A stretch of DNA of 42,515 bases from a candidate division FCPU426 bacterium (GCA_003167475.1 PMTB01000098.1:1-42515); one strand, 5' to 3'. Positions 24,241 to 32,326 are shown, counted from the first letter of the stretch. The notes: generated from the letters alone by a model not told the origin. Numbers and translations: made by a program.

Positions 24241-25350
24241 ATGAAAAAGGCAATTAGTTTTGGACTGGCTTTGGCTTTTGTTCTTTCGTTCTTCGTTGTC
24301 GCTTCTGCAGAACCAGTATCTTTGTTTTATGGACAGCAGTGGGACAGATACGATTATCAGGTTTTTGGCGGATCCTATGTTGCTGTACCTGCAAAAAGCA
24401 ACAACACATTCACCATACCCAGGACTTACCTCAGGTACAAGCTGACAGACGACGCGCTCGGCTATGAGGGAAACATCACTCTCGACATCAACAACGTAAA
24501 CGACGGCGAGAATTCCAAAATCACAATTACTGGTGGAAATGTCACCGCGGCCGGCGGAATTGACTGGGCAATATGGGTCAAAAAAGCATCTGTGGATTTC
24601 AAGAAGATACCCATCCTTTCTGATATAGACGCAATCATCAGGGTCGGACAGCAGGATGTATACTTCGGAGCCATAGACACATGGCAGTATCCTGTTATAG
24701 AGAAAGCAATGGAAGACAAGAACAGCATCGTAAGCAGCGCGGACCAGGGAATAGCGCTTCTCGGAAAGATACCCCAGGGTTACGGAGCGTATGAGCTTGC
24801 GGTTTACAACGGCTCGGGATACAAAACAACGGATAATGACGCGACAAACGGCGACATAACGGATAAGGCGTATGACGCCAGCTTGCTTTTGACGCCTATA
24901 GCGGGTATATATGCAAGGGCTTCTTACCTGCACAAATTGACAAATTCGCTTGGAACGAAGACAGCGGCGTATAACGCATCGGCATTTGTAGTAGGCGGAG
25001 CTTCCGGCCCGATAGAAGCTTTTGTGGAATACGTAACGGATAACGCGGCAAAGAATCATGTGGCGGGTACCAAATCAGGTGTTGCTGTCGGAGTATCGGG
25101 ATACATTGGCGTAAAACTTGCCGATGCATTATCAGTGCATTTCAGGGCGGATACATACAACCCGGACACACTGGTCAAGCTTGACGAAATGAACACGTTC
25201 ATCGTGGGCATGAACCTGAAGCTCACAAGCATGACAGTGTTACAGCTTAACTATCAGCTGGATAAATTCGTGCACACCATGCACGGCGCAAGCGACAACA
25301 ACCTGACGAACAACAACCAGTTCCTGGCCCAGTTGGTATGGTCCTGGTAA
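24241..25350 (+). CDS. Outer-membrane beta-barrel porin, possibly phosphate-selective (OprO/P-like by context)
   Basis: Signal peptide MKKAISFGLALAFVLSFFVVASA. The sequence alternates with a Y/G/T-rich pattern and has an aromatic C-terminus, LVWSW. It lies between phoR and pstS behind Pho-box-like repeats. Family assignment is by context only. Confidence 0.65.
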   Translation: MKKAISFGLALAFVLSFFVVASAEPVSLFYGQQWDRYDYQVFGGSYVAVPAKSNNTFTIPRTYLRYKLTDDALGYEGNITLDINNVNDGENSKITITGGNVTAAGGIDWAIWVKKASVDFKKIPILSDIDAIIRVGQQDVYFGAIDTWQYPVIEKAMEDKNSIVSSADQGIALLGKIPQGYGAYELAVYNGSGYKTTDNDATNGDITDKAYDASLLLTPIAGIYARASYLHKLTNSLGTKTAAYNASAFVVGGASGPIEAFVEYVTDNAAKNHVAGTKSGVAVGVSGYIGVKLADALSVHFRADTYNPDTLVKLDEMNTFIVGMNLKLTSMTVLQLNYQLDKFVHTMHGASDNNLTNNNQFLAQLVWSW

Positions 25351-25399
25351 GCAGATTAAGAAATAAAACAAGAATCTAAAATATAAAAAGGAGAAAAAA

Positions 25400-26242
25400 A
25401 TGAAAAACATCAACAAGTTAATCGGCGCGGCGGCAGTTGTTATGATGCTCGCAGCACCGGCTTTCGCCTGGAATTTTCCGTGGGCGCAGAAAGCGGCTAA
25501 TAAACTTAACATGACAGGTTCCACGACAGTCCTTCCGATAGCCCAGGCAGAGGCCGAGGCTTTCATGAAGTCCAATAAAGAAGCGGACGTATCGGTTTCA
25601 GGCGGCGGCTCGGGAGTGGGGATCGCGGCTGTAATTGACGGGTCAACGGATATCGGAAACTCTTCAAGGCCGATCAAGTCAAAAGAGATCGTAACGGCGA
25701 AACAGAAAGGCGTTAACCCTGTAGGCACCATAATCGCCAATGACGGTATAGCCGTTGTTGTCAACAAAGGCAATAAACTGGAAGCTCTCAGCCTCGACCA
25801 GCTCAAGGCGATCTATTCCGGGGAAATCACAAAATGGAGCCAGCTGGGCGTCGAAGGCGACACGATAGTCATCGTATCCAGGGACACAGCTTCAGGCACA
25901 TTTGAAGTATTTAACGAACTCGTGTTAAAGGGCGCGAAACTGCGTACTGATTCGCTCATGCTCGCGTCAAACAAAGAAGTGGCTGAGACCGTGATGAAGA
26001 CTCCGGGAGCCATCGGCTATGTGGGACTGGGATACCTCTCGTCAGACCTGAAAGCTGTCACAGTGAACGGCGTTATGCCTTCCGACAGCACGGTTCTTGA
26101 CGGAACCTACAAGCTCGCAAGGCCGCTGTTTATGTACACCAACGGCGAACCTTCCGGGCTCGCAAAAACCTTCATTGATTTCATACTCAGCGATGAAGGC
26201 CAGAAAATAGTGAAAGAATCGGGTTTTGTTAAAATAAAGTAG
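25400..26242 (+). CDS. pstS: Phosphate ABC transporter substrate-binding protein PstS
   Basis: Signal peptide, then GSTTVLPIAQ...VSVSGGGSGVGI...GNSSRPIK...IVSRDTASGT, which is typical of the PstS family. Confidence 0.9.
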   Translation: MKNINKLIGAAAVVMMLAAPAFAWNFPWAQKAANKLNMTGSTTVLPIAQAEAEAFMKSNKEADVSVSGGGSGVGIAAVIDGSTDIGNSSRPIKSKEIVTAKQKGVNPVGTIIANDGIAVVVNKGNKLEALSLDQLKAIYSGEITKWSQLGVEGDTIVIVSRDTASGTFEVFNELVLKGAKLRTDSLMLASNKEVAETVMKTPGAIGYVGLGYLSSDLKAVTVNGVMPSDSTVLDGTYKLARPLFMYTNGEPSGLAKTFIDFILSDEGQKIVKESGFVKIK

Positions 26243-26270
26243 CCCTCCAAAGGCGAAATACCGCTCTTTG

Positions 26271-26304
26271 CCACAGGCCCGCTTCATGCGGGCCTGTGGC
26301 TTTT
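26271..26304 (+). terminator. Rho-independent terminator after pstS
   Basis: A 12-bp perfect GC-rich stem CCACAGGCCCGC / GCGGGCCTGTGG with a 5-nt loop (TTCAT), followed by CTTTTCC. Confidence 0.8.
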
Positions 26305-26414
26305 CCATAAGATCAAAAACGTTCAGATTAGGAGATAGGTGAGAGTAGAAAAACGAGGTGTAGGGGCGGATATTATGCGCAACTCGCAGGACTGCGTTTT
26401 GGCTGGAAAATTAA

Positions 26415-26453
26415 TTAACACAACCTTAACAATTCCCAAACATTGCATTAATA
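26415..26453. promoter_or_regulatory. Candidate Pho boxes and internal promoter upstream of pstC
   Basis: TTAACA at 26415 and TTAACA at 26426 are 11 bp apart, and TTAATA at 26448 is a further 22 bp. TATAAT is at 26461-26466. Confidence 0.45.
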
Positions 26454-26519
26454 ACTAAAATATAATATATATATAGCAGCAGGCCGGATCAAACAAATTA
26501 AAGAGGAAAAGGATATATA

Positions 26520-27398
26520 ATGGCAACCCATAAAGGAATGAGAAAGAACTTTATAGAGTGGATCCTACCCCTGACAGCATCCGTATCGCTGGTTTTTTTG
26601 CTTGGGATTGCGTGCACCCTTGTAGCCGCCTCACTGCCGGTGTTTAAGTCGGTTACTCTTCAGGGATTTTTATTCGGTAAAGAATGGATACCGACCGCTG
26701 AAACCCCGTCATTGGGGATATGGTCGCTTATGATTGCCTCACTTTATGTGACACTGGGCGCCATTATATTTGCCCTGCCACTTGGTTTGGGAAGCGCTGT
26801 TTATATAGCCGAACTCGCGTCGCCCACCGTAAAAGAGGTCCTTAAACCTGTGATGGAAATACTGGCCGGTATACCTTCGGTGGTTTTTGGTTTCTTTGGC
26901 ATAGTATTTGTGGCCCCGATAGTCCAGCGTCTTTTTCACCTAGACACAGGCTTGTGCGGATTTACGGCCGCGATTATCCTCGGCATAATTGTGATCCCGA
27001 CCGTGGCGAGCATCTCTGAAGACGCTGTGTCGGCCATATCCAAGGACTTAAGGAACGCTTCATACGCCCTCGGCGCGAACAGATGGGAAACCATAATAAA
27101 AGCCGTGCTGCCCGCGGCAAAATCCGGGATATTCACGTCGATAATACTTGGGATAAGCAGGGCGCTTGGCGAGACGATGACGGTATTAATGGTGGCCGGC
27201 GGGGCAGTGAAGATACCGACAGGGCTTTTTGTGCCCATGAGGCCGATAACCGCGACCATAGCGGGGGAAATGGGAGAGACAGTGGTGGGCAGCCCGCATT
27301 ATCACGCCCTGTTTGCCATGGGACTTGTTCTTTTTATAATAAATATTATTTTCAACCTTGTGGCTGACAGGTTCCAGAAGGGAAAAAGAAATGTTTAA
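26520..27398 (+). CDS. pstC: Phosphate ABC transporter permease PstC
   Basis: Polytopic permease with the EAA-type loop (ASYALGANRWETIIKAVLPAAKSGI) in the pst gene order. Confidence 0.9.
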   Translation: MATHKGMRKNFIEWILPLTASVSLVFLLGIACTLVAASLPVFKSVTLQGFLFGKEWIPTAETPSLGIWSLMIASLYVTLGAIIFALPLGLGSAVYIAELASPTVKEVLKPVMEILAGIPSVVFGFFGIVFVAPIVQRLFHLDTGLCGFTAAIILGIIVIPTVASISEDAVSAISKDLRNASYALGANRWETIIKAVLPAAKSGIFTSIILGISRALGETMTVLMVAGGAVKIPTGLFVPMRPITATIAGEMGETVVGSPHYHALFAMGLVLFIINIIFNLVADRFQKGKRNV

Positions 27399-28275
27399 AA
27401 AGGCCATGGATAAATTTAAAAAAATGGACCGAAGGACCGCTGCGCAGGATGCCGGGTTCCTGCTGCTTAAACTTTGTGTCCTGACAGTAATTCTCGCGCT
27501 CGGCACTTTGATCCTTTTTATAACGCTGAAAGGATTTAAAGTCGTTAATTTTGAGTTCATTACCCAGTCGCCGACCGATGGAATGGTTCATGGAGGTATA
27601 TTTCCGGCGATACTGGGAACTTTTTTATTGTCCATCGGGGCGCTGATCTTTGCCCTGCCCACAGGCGTGCTTACCGCGGTTTGGCTCACGGAATATGCGG
27701 ACAACCAGAGATTTGTGCGGCTTGTCAGGATAGGCATAAACAGCCTGGCCGGGGTGCCTTCCATAGTGTTCGGGCTTTTCGGTATGATGTTCTTTGTAAA
27801 ATTTATGCAGTTCGGCGTGTGTCTCTTATCAGGGGCTCTTGTTCTGGGCATTTTAATACTCCCTACAATAATAGGCGCTTCTGAAGAAGCGCTCTTAACG
27901 GTGCCGAAAGCTTTTAAGGAAGCTTCGCTTGCCCTCGGCGCGACAAGGTGGGAGACAATGTATAAAGTAATACTTCCCAACTCGGTTTCTGGCATAATAA
28001 CGGGTATAATACTGAGCGTTGGCCGCGCTGCGGGTGAGACAGCCCCCATACTTATGACAGCCGCGACGTTTTACACGGCAAGGCTGCCGAACTCGGTGTT
28101 CTCGAAAGTAATGGCGCTGCCATACCATATATACGCATTAATGACGGAAGGCTCGAGGAAGGGCCAGACAGAGATAGCTTACGGCACCGCTTTGGTGCTT
28201 TTGCTGCTGGTGCTGGCTATAAACAGCGTTGCCATATTCATCAGGATAAGGGCAAGAAGGGAAAGAAAATGGTAG
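27391..28275 (+). CDS. pstA: Phosphate ABC transporter permease PstA
   Basis: The start is set at ATG 27391 (ATGTTTAA overlap with the pstC stop) rather than the listed TTG at 27358. Loop motif ASLALGATRWETMYKVILPNSVSGI. Confidence 0.9.
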   Translation: MFKKAMDKFKKMDRRTAAQDAGFLLLKLCVLTVILALGTLILFITLKGFKVVNFEFITQSPTDGMVHGGIFPAILGTFLLSIGALIFALPTGVLTAVWLTEYADNQRFVRLVRIGINSLAGVPSIVFGLFGMMFFVKFMQFGVCLLSGALVLGILILPTIIGASEEALLTVPKAFKEASLALGATRWETMYKVILPNSVSGIITGIILSVGRAAGETAPILMTAATFYTARLPNSVFSKVMALPYHIYALMTEGSRKGQTEIAYGTALVLLLLVLAINSVAIFIRIRARRERKW

Positions 28276-28444
28276 AATCAACACATGAGACAAAGCATGC
28301 GGAGCATGCAAGGACAAAAGCGGAAAATCCGAAAGCCGGGAACAGGAAAAAAGCGGCCCGGCCCGTACAGGACAGTTTTTCAACCTGGCTGGCATTAAGG
28401 GAATGTTTCACCTGCATGGAGTAAATCTATAATAGGAGCTTAAT

Positions 28445-29209
28445 ATGAGTGATGAGATCAGGATTGTTGTAAAGAATTTCAACGCTTATTACGGCGAAAA
28501 ACACGCGTTGAAGAACGTCAATATTGACATTCCGGCGAATAAGATTATGGCGATGATCGGGCCTTCCGGATGCGGGAAATCCACTTTCCTGCGTTCCATA
28601 AACCGCATGAACGACCTGATAGAAAACTTCAAGGTTGACGGGCAGATGATGATAGACGGGAATGATGTCTATGACAAAACCATCGATGTTACCAGCCTGC
28701 GCAGGCGCGTGGGCATGGTTTTTCAGAAACCCAACCCGTTCCCCAAGACCATATATGAAAATGTTGCGTACGGCCTCAGGGTGAACAGGCTTTTTAAGGA
28801 CAATAAGGAACTCGAACATAAAATTGAAAAAAGCCTGGTTGAAGCCGGCCTGTGGGAAGAGGTAAAAGACGACCTGGATAAAAGCGCTTTTGAACTTTCC
28901 GGCGGCCAGCAACAGCGGCTCTGTATTGCGCGCGCGCTGGTAATACAGCCGGAGGTCATCCTAATGGACGAGCCGACCGCGTCGCTCGACCCGATCTCAA
29001 CCGCTAAAATAGAGGAATTGATTCAGGTCCTGAAAAAGGATTACACCATAGTCATAGTGACGCATAACATGCAGCAGGCGGCCCGCGTTGCCGACAACAC
29101 TTCGTTCTTCATGCTGGGAGAACTCATAGAGTATGACGTAACGTCAAGGATGTTCACGAAACCGGTGAAAAAGATAACGGAAGATTATATAACGGGAAGG
29201 TTCGGGTGA
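28445..29209 (+). CDS. pstB: Phosphate ABC transporter ATPase PstB
   Basis: Walker [10 protein letters not shown], signature LSGGQQQRL, Walker [12 protein letters not shown], and the PstB-typical segment [19 protein letters not shown]. Confidence 0.95.
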   Translation: MSDEIRIVVKNFNAYYGEKHALKNVNIDIPANKIMAMIGPSGCGKSTFLRSINRMNDLIENFKVDGQMMIDGNDVYDKTIDVTSLRRRVGMVFQKPNPFPKTIYENVAYGLRVNRLFKDNKELEHKIEKSLVEAGLWEEVKDDLDKSAFELSGGQQQRLCIARALVIQPEVILMDEPTASLDPISTAKIEELIQVLKKDYTIVIVTHNMQQAARVADNTSFFMLGELIEYDVTSRMFTKPVKKITEDYITGRFG

Positions 29210-29222
29210 GGCAGGCAAGTTG

Positions 29223-29345
29223 TTAAGCCAAAAGCCAAGAGCCAAAAGTAAAGGAAAGGCAAAGTTGGAAGTGAAGATTTTTTTAAAAACTTAAGTTTTA
29301 GTTTTACTTGAAAACTTTACTTTTGTCTCTTGGCTTTTGGCTTAA
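29223..29345. repeat. Long inverted repeat (31-bp arms, 30/31 matched, 61-nt spacer) between pstB and phoU
   Basis: The left arm TTAAGCCAAAAGCCAAGAGCCAAAAGTAAAG (29223-29253) is the reverse complement of 29315-29345 apart from one base. Both ends sit in TTAA. AAAACTTAAG occurs in the spacer (29286-29295) and again just after the right arm (29345-29354). Confidence 0.75.
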
Positions 29346-29366
29346 AAACTTAAGGAGGTTTTTGAT

Positions 29367-30026
29367 ATGGAACGGCACTTCGACGAGGAACTGAACAATT
29401 TAAAAAAGAATATCCTGAAGATGGCTTCTTTGGTGGACGAGTCCATTGCCAAGGCCATAAAATCGCTTTTGGAACGCAAAGAAGACCTGGCTATTGAGGT
29501 TGAGAATGAGGACAACGCCATAGACATGGTCGAGATCGAGGTGGATATGCTGTGCCTTGATCTGCTCGCGCGCAGGCAGCCTATCGCCATAGACCTGAGG
29601 TTTATCACCTCTGTCATGAAGATCAACAGCGACCTTGAAAGGATAGGAGACCTGGCGGCCAACATAGGCCATAAAGTGCAGATCCTGCTCAAATATCCGC
29701 AGTTAAAACCGCTGATCGACATACCGCGCATGGCCGAACTTGTAAGGGCCATGCTTAAAGACAGCATTACCGCGCTTGTGGACAAGAACACGGAGCTTGC
29801 CAGGAATATAACCGCCAGGGACCACGAAGTGGACGAGCTTTATGTCCAGGTCTTCAGGGAAGTGCTTACGCATATGATGGACGACAATGAGAACATAAAG
29901 AACGGCATTGAACTTATATTGATAGCCAAGCACCTGGAGCGTATGGCCGATCACGTCACCAATATAGCCGAAGACATTGTGTATATGGTCGAGGGAAAGA
30001 CGATAAAACACCAGTTTGAACCGTAA
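29367..30026 (+). CDS. phoU: Phosphate signalling complex protein PhoU
   Basis: The 219-aa protein has two PhoU repeats with the motifs LERIGDLAANIG and LERMADHVTNIAEDI. It lies immediately downstream of pstB. Confidence 0.9.
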   Translation: MERHFDEELNNLKKNILKMASLVDESIAKAIKSLLERKEDLAIEVENEDNAIDMVEIEVDMLCLDLLARRQPIAIDLRFITSVMKINSDLERIGDLAANIGHKVQILLKYPQLKPLIDIPRMAELVRAMLKDSITALVDKNTELARNITARDHEVDELYVQVFREVLTHMMDDNENIKNGIELILIAKHLERMADHVTNIAEDIVYMVEGKTIKHQFEP

Positions 30027-30086
30027 TATATTGCAATAACATGAGGCTGTCGAAAAATCCTGTTATTGTTGTGCTTATTCACCAGT

Positions 30087-30245
30087 TTGTCATTGCGAGG
30101 AGCGAGTTCCTCAGCGACGAAGCAATCTCTGTACTTTTGCTGAACGCTGCGTATTTAAAGGCTTATCGATAGAACTGAGATTTCCATGTTCCATGGACTA
30201 TAGGCTTCGTCGCCATGAATCAAGAACGGCTCCTCGCAATGACAA
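30087..30245. repeat. 159-bp nested palindromic element (TIR TTGTCATTGCGAGGAGC / GCTCCTCGCAATGACAA)
   Basis: 17-bp perfect terminal arms (30087-30103 and 30229-30245) enclose a second 9-bp inverted pair, CGACGAAGC (30115-30123) and GCTTCGTCG (30204-30212). It has no coding potential. Confidence 0.7.
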
Positions 30246-30278
30246 GTTACACAATATCAACATATCAATAAGGAGGGA

Positions 30279-30713
30279 ATGCACATGGAAGACAAGAAAA
30301 GGGTTTTGTTCGTCTGCATACACAACTCGGGCCGGTCCCAGATAGCCGAAGCATTCTTGAACAAACTGGCCGGCGACAGGTTTATAGCCGAAAGCGCCGG
30401 TATTGAAGCCGGGGTACTTAATCCTTTTGTCGTTGAATCCATGAAGGAATCCGGAATTGACATTTCCGGCAATAAGACAAAATCGGTTTTTGATTTCTAC
30501 AAGCAGGGCAGGATGTTCTCATATGTGATTACCGTGTGTGAAAAAGAGGCCGCCGACCGCTGCCCTATATTCCTCGGAGTGACAAAGCGCATACAGTGGT
30601 TTTTCAACGACCCGGCAAAGGCCATGGGCACCCGCGAGGAAAAGCTGAAATATACCTCGGTGATAAGGGACGAGATAAAAGCGGCGGTTGAGAAGTTTAT
30701 TTTGGAAGTCTAA
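30279..30713 (+). CDS. arsC: Arsenate reductase, LMW-PTPase/thioredoxin-coupled type
   Basis: P-loop VLFVCIHNSGRSQIAEAF (CX5R), plus the downstream Cys pair in VITVCEKEAADRCP that characterises the Trx-coupled ArsC clade. Confidence 0.8.
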   Translation: MHMEDKKRVLFVCIHNSGRSQIAEAFLNKLAGDRFIAESAGIEAGVLNPFVVESMKESGIDISGNKTKSVFDFYKQGRMFSYVITVCEKEAADRCPIFLGVTKRIQWFFNDPAKAMGTREEKLKYTSVIRDEIKAAVEKFILEV

Positions 30714-30790
30714 GGCTGTTGTTTCCGGATTTCCGCGGAGTTGTGGGTAATAAATCCCCGTTAATAATATATTTAAACCGAGGTGAAAGC

Positions 30791-31153
30791 ATGTGGTTGG
30801 CGGCGGCATTTGTTTTTGTGGGATTAATAGCGGGGGCATTCAGCGGTTTGATAGGCATAGGCGGCGGGATAATTATTATTCCCATCCTTACGTATTTCTT
30901 CGGCATGACCCAGAAACTGGCGCAGGGAACGACGCTTGCGCTGATGCTTCCGCCCATAGGGATCATGGCCGCGTATGTGTATTATAAAGGCGGTTTTGTC
31001 GATATAAAGGCCGCACTTTTAATTTCTGCCGGGTTTATTGCCGGCGGATGGTTTGGTTCAAAATTTGCCGTAAACATACCCCAGGGCATACTCACCAAAG
31101 TATTTGCCATTTTTCTTCTGGCAATATCTGTAAAAATGCTGCTGGAAAAATAG
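30791..31153 (+). CDS. Half-size TauE/SafE-family anion exporter-like membrane protein
   Basis: The start is set at ATG 30791 (MWLAAAFVFVG...). The 120-aa protein has four TM helices and the Gly-rich motif GLIGIGGGIIIIP, typical of TauE/SafE. The listed 30719 start adds a non-hydrophobic, RBS-less extension. Confidence 0.65.
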   Translation: MWLAAAFVFVGLIAGAFSGLIGIGGGIIIIPILTYFFGMTQKLAQGTTLALMLPPIGIMAAYVYYKGGFVDIKAALLISAGFIAGGWFGSKFAVNIPQGILTKVFAIFLLAISVKMLLEK

Positions 31154-31198
31154 ACAACCGGGAAGTTTTGTTTTAACGCCGAATCGACGGATTATTTT

Positions 31199-31375
31199 TT
31201 AATTTTTGTATAAATCAGTTTGCAGCGCCATCATGAGATGCCTTTCTTTGACCTTTCCATCCGGTTTGCCTCCCAAAAGTCCGGGCATCCGCAAGCATCG
31301 CTTAAATTCCTTACGGCCATATTTTTCCGCGGCCGGAACATACCATACAACAGCAAACTGCCGGGAATTTTCCAT
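31199..31375 (-). CDS. Possible small protein (58 aa), below the ORF-track cutoff
   Basis: Minus-strand ORF MENSRQFAVVWYVPAAEKYGRKEFKRCLRMPGLLGGKPDGKVKERHLMMALQTDLYKN. Its composition is protein-like, unlike the overlapping plus-strand ORF. I see no clear RBS and cannot name a family. Confidence 0.25.
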   Translation of the reverse strand: MENSRQFAVVWYVPAAEKYGRKEFKRCLRMPGLLGGKPDGKVKERHLMMALQTDLYKN

Positions 31376-31426
31376 ATATTATTAATGCGCGGCAACCATA
31401 TTCAATGAAATTTTACTTGCACAAAA

Positions 31427-31442
31427 TTAATTTTTTATTAAG
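31427..31442. promoter_or_regulatory. TTAAT-N6-TTAAG repeat upstream of phnF (candidate Pho box)
   Basis: TTAAT at 31427 and TTAAG at 31438 are 11 bp apart. This is a single pair in an AT-rich region. Confidence 0.25.
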
Positions 31443-31487
31443 CGTATTAAAATACGGAAATTGTATAAGTTGTGTGTAAGAAAGGAT

Positions 31488-31505
31488 TGTACGGATGTCC
31501 GTACA
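31488..31505. promoter_or_regulatory. Perfect 8-2-8 palindrome TGTACGGA-TG-TCCGTACA, candidate PhnF (GntR/HutC) operator
   Basis: It lies 39 nt upstream of the phnF ATG. The GT..AC-type dyad is typical of GntR-family operators. Confidence 0.4.
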
Positions 31506-31543
31506 GGTTGATCCGGAGAATTTAAAAACGAAAGGATGGATTT

Positions 31544-32269
31544 ATGATCACGAAGGAAAAGCCGTTGTTTGAACAGGTGTCGGGCTCGATACTCAGCCAG
31601 ATCGAGAAGAGGGAATATAATGTCGGCTTTAAACTCCCCAGCGAGGAACAATACAAGAATAAGTACAAGGTCAGCCGGCACACGGTCAGGGAGGCACTAA
31701 GAAAGCTCGAAGGCGAAGGATATATATACAAGATACAGGGTAAAGGCGCTTTTCTGGCCAAAAAAAAAGTATCGTACAATGTTTCTAATAAAACCCAGTT
31801 TTCAACTTCCGTGCTGGATACCAGCCTCGCCACCAGCTCAAGGCTGCTGGGGATAACGTCAATATACGCGGATGAAAACAGCGAATTGAGGGAAAAACTG
31901 GAAATAAATATAAAGCAAAAGGTTTGGGCCCTGGAAATCATCAGGTTTATAAATGAGACCCCGTTCATCTATTCGACTTCCTACCTGCCGGAGCGCAGGT
32001 TCAAGGGGCTTAACAAACATATCAATGGAAAGTCGTTTTCCCTGTACAAGCTGCTGCGCGAAGAATATTCCGTATCAAATATAACGAGGACATCTTCCGT
32101 GTTCGAGGTCGGAATACCGGCAAGAGAGGACATATCCGCGCTTCAAATATCAAAATCCATCCCGCTGATGATAGTAAAAAGCAGGGCAAAGGACGACATG
32201 GAAACCATGGTTGAATATTGCGTTTCACGGTTCAGGGGCGACATGGCCAGCCTCAAAGTCACATTCTAA
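31544..32269 (+). CDS. phnF: GntR/HutC-family transcriptional regulator (PhnF-like)
   Basis: N-terminal winged HTH (LPSEEQYKNKYKVSRHTVREALRKLEGEGYIYKIQGKGAF) and a C-terminal UTRA-like domain. It is first in the phn cluster. Confidence 0.8.
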   Translation: MITKEKPLFEQVSGSILSQIEKREYNVGFKLPSEEQYKNKYKVSRHTVREALRKLEGEGYIYKIQGKGAFLAKKKVSYNVSNKTQFSTSVLDTSLATSSRLLGITSIYADENSELREKLEINIKQKVWALEIIRFINETPFIYSTSYLPERRFKGLNKHINGKSFSLYKLLREEYSVSNITRTSSVFEVGIPAREDISALQISKSIPLMIVKSRAKDDMETMVEYCVSRFRGDMASLKVTF

Positions 32270-32326
32270 GGAGGTGGAAAAAGCAGGTTGTAAGGTATTT
32301 AAAACAAAAAAAACGGAGGAACAAAA

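Noticed and set aside
24226-25059. 277-aa minus-strand ORF opposite the porin gene
   Set aside because: It is Cys/Arg/Tyr-rich nonsense with no domain. The plus-strand ORF has a signal peptide, beta-barrel composition, an aromatic C-terminus and an RBS (AAGGAGG).
27358-27390. TTG-initiated extension of pstA (MWLTGSRREKE)
   Set aside because: It lies inside the pstC coding end. The ATG at 27391, with an ATGTTTAA overlap, is the typical coupled start.
28285-28398. 37-aa highly basic ORF (MRQSMRSMQGQKRKIRKPGTGKKRPGPYRTVFQPGWH) in the pstA-pstB spacer
   Set aside because: It has no RBS and a low-complexity basic sequence. It most likely lies in an untranslated spacer. I cannot exclude a leader peptide, but nothing supports one.
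31220-31408. 62-aa plus-strand ORF in the TauE-phnF spacer
   Set aside because: It has implausible composition and no RBS. The opposite strand carries a more protein-like 58-aa ORF, which I report at low confidence.
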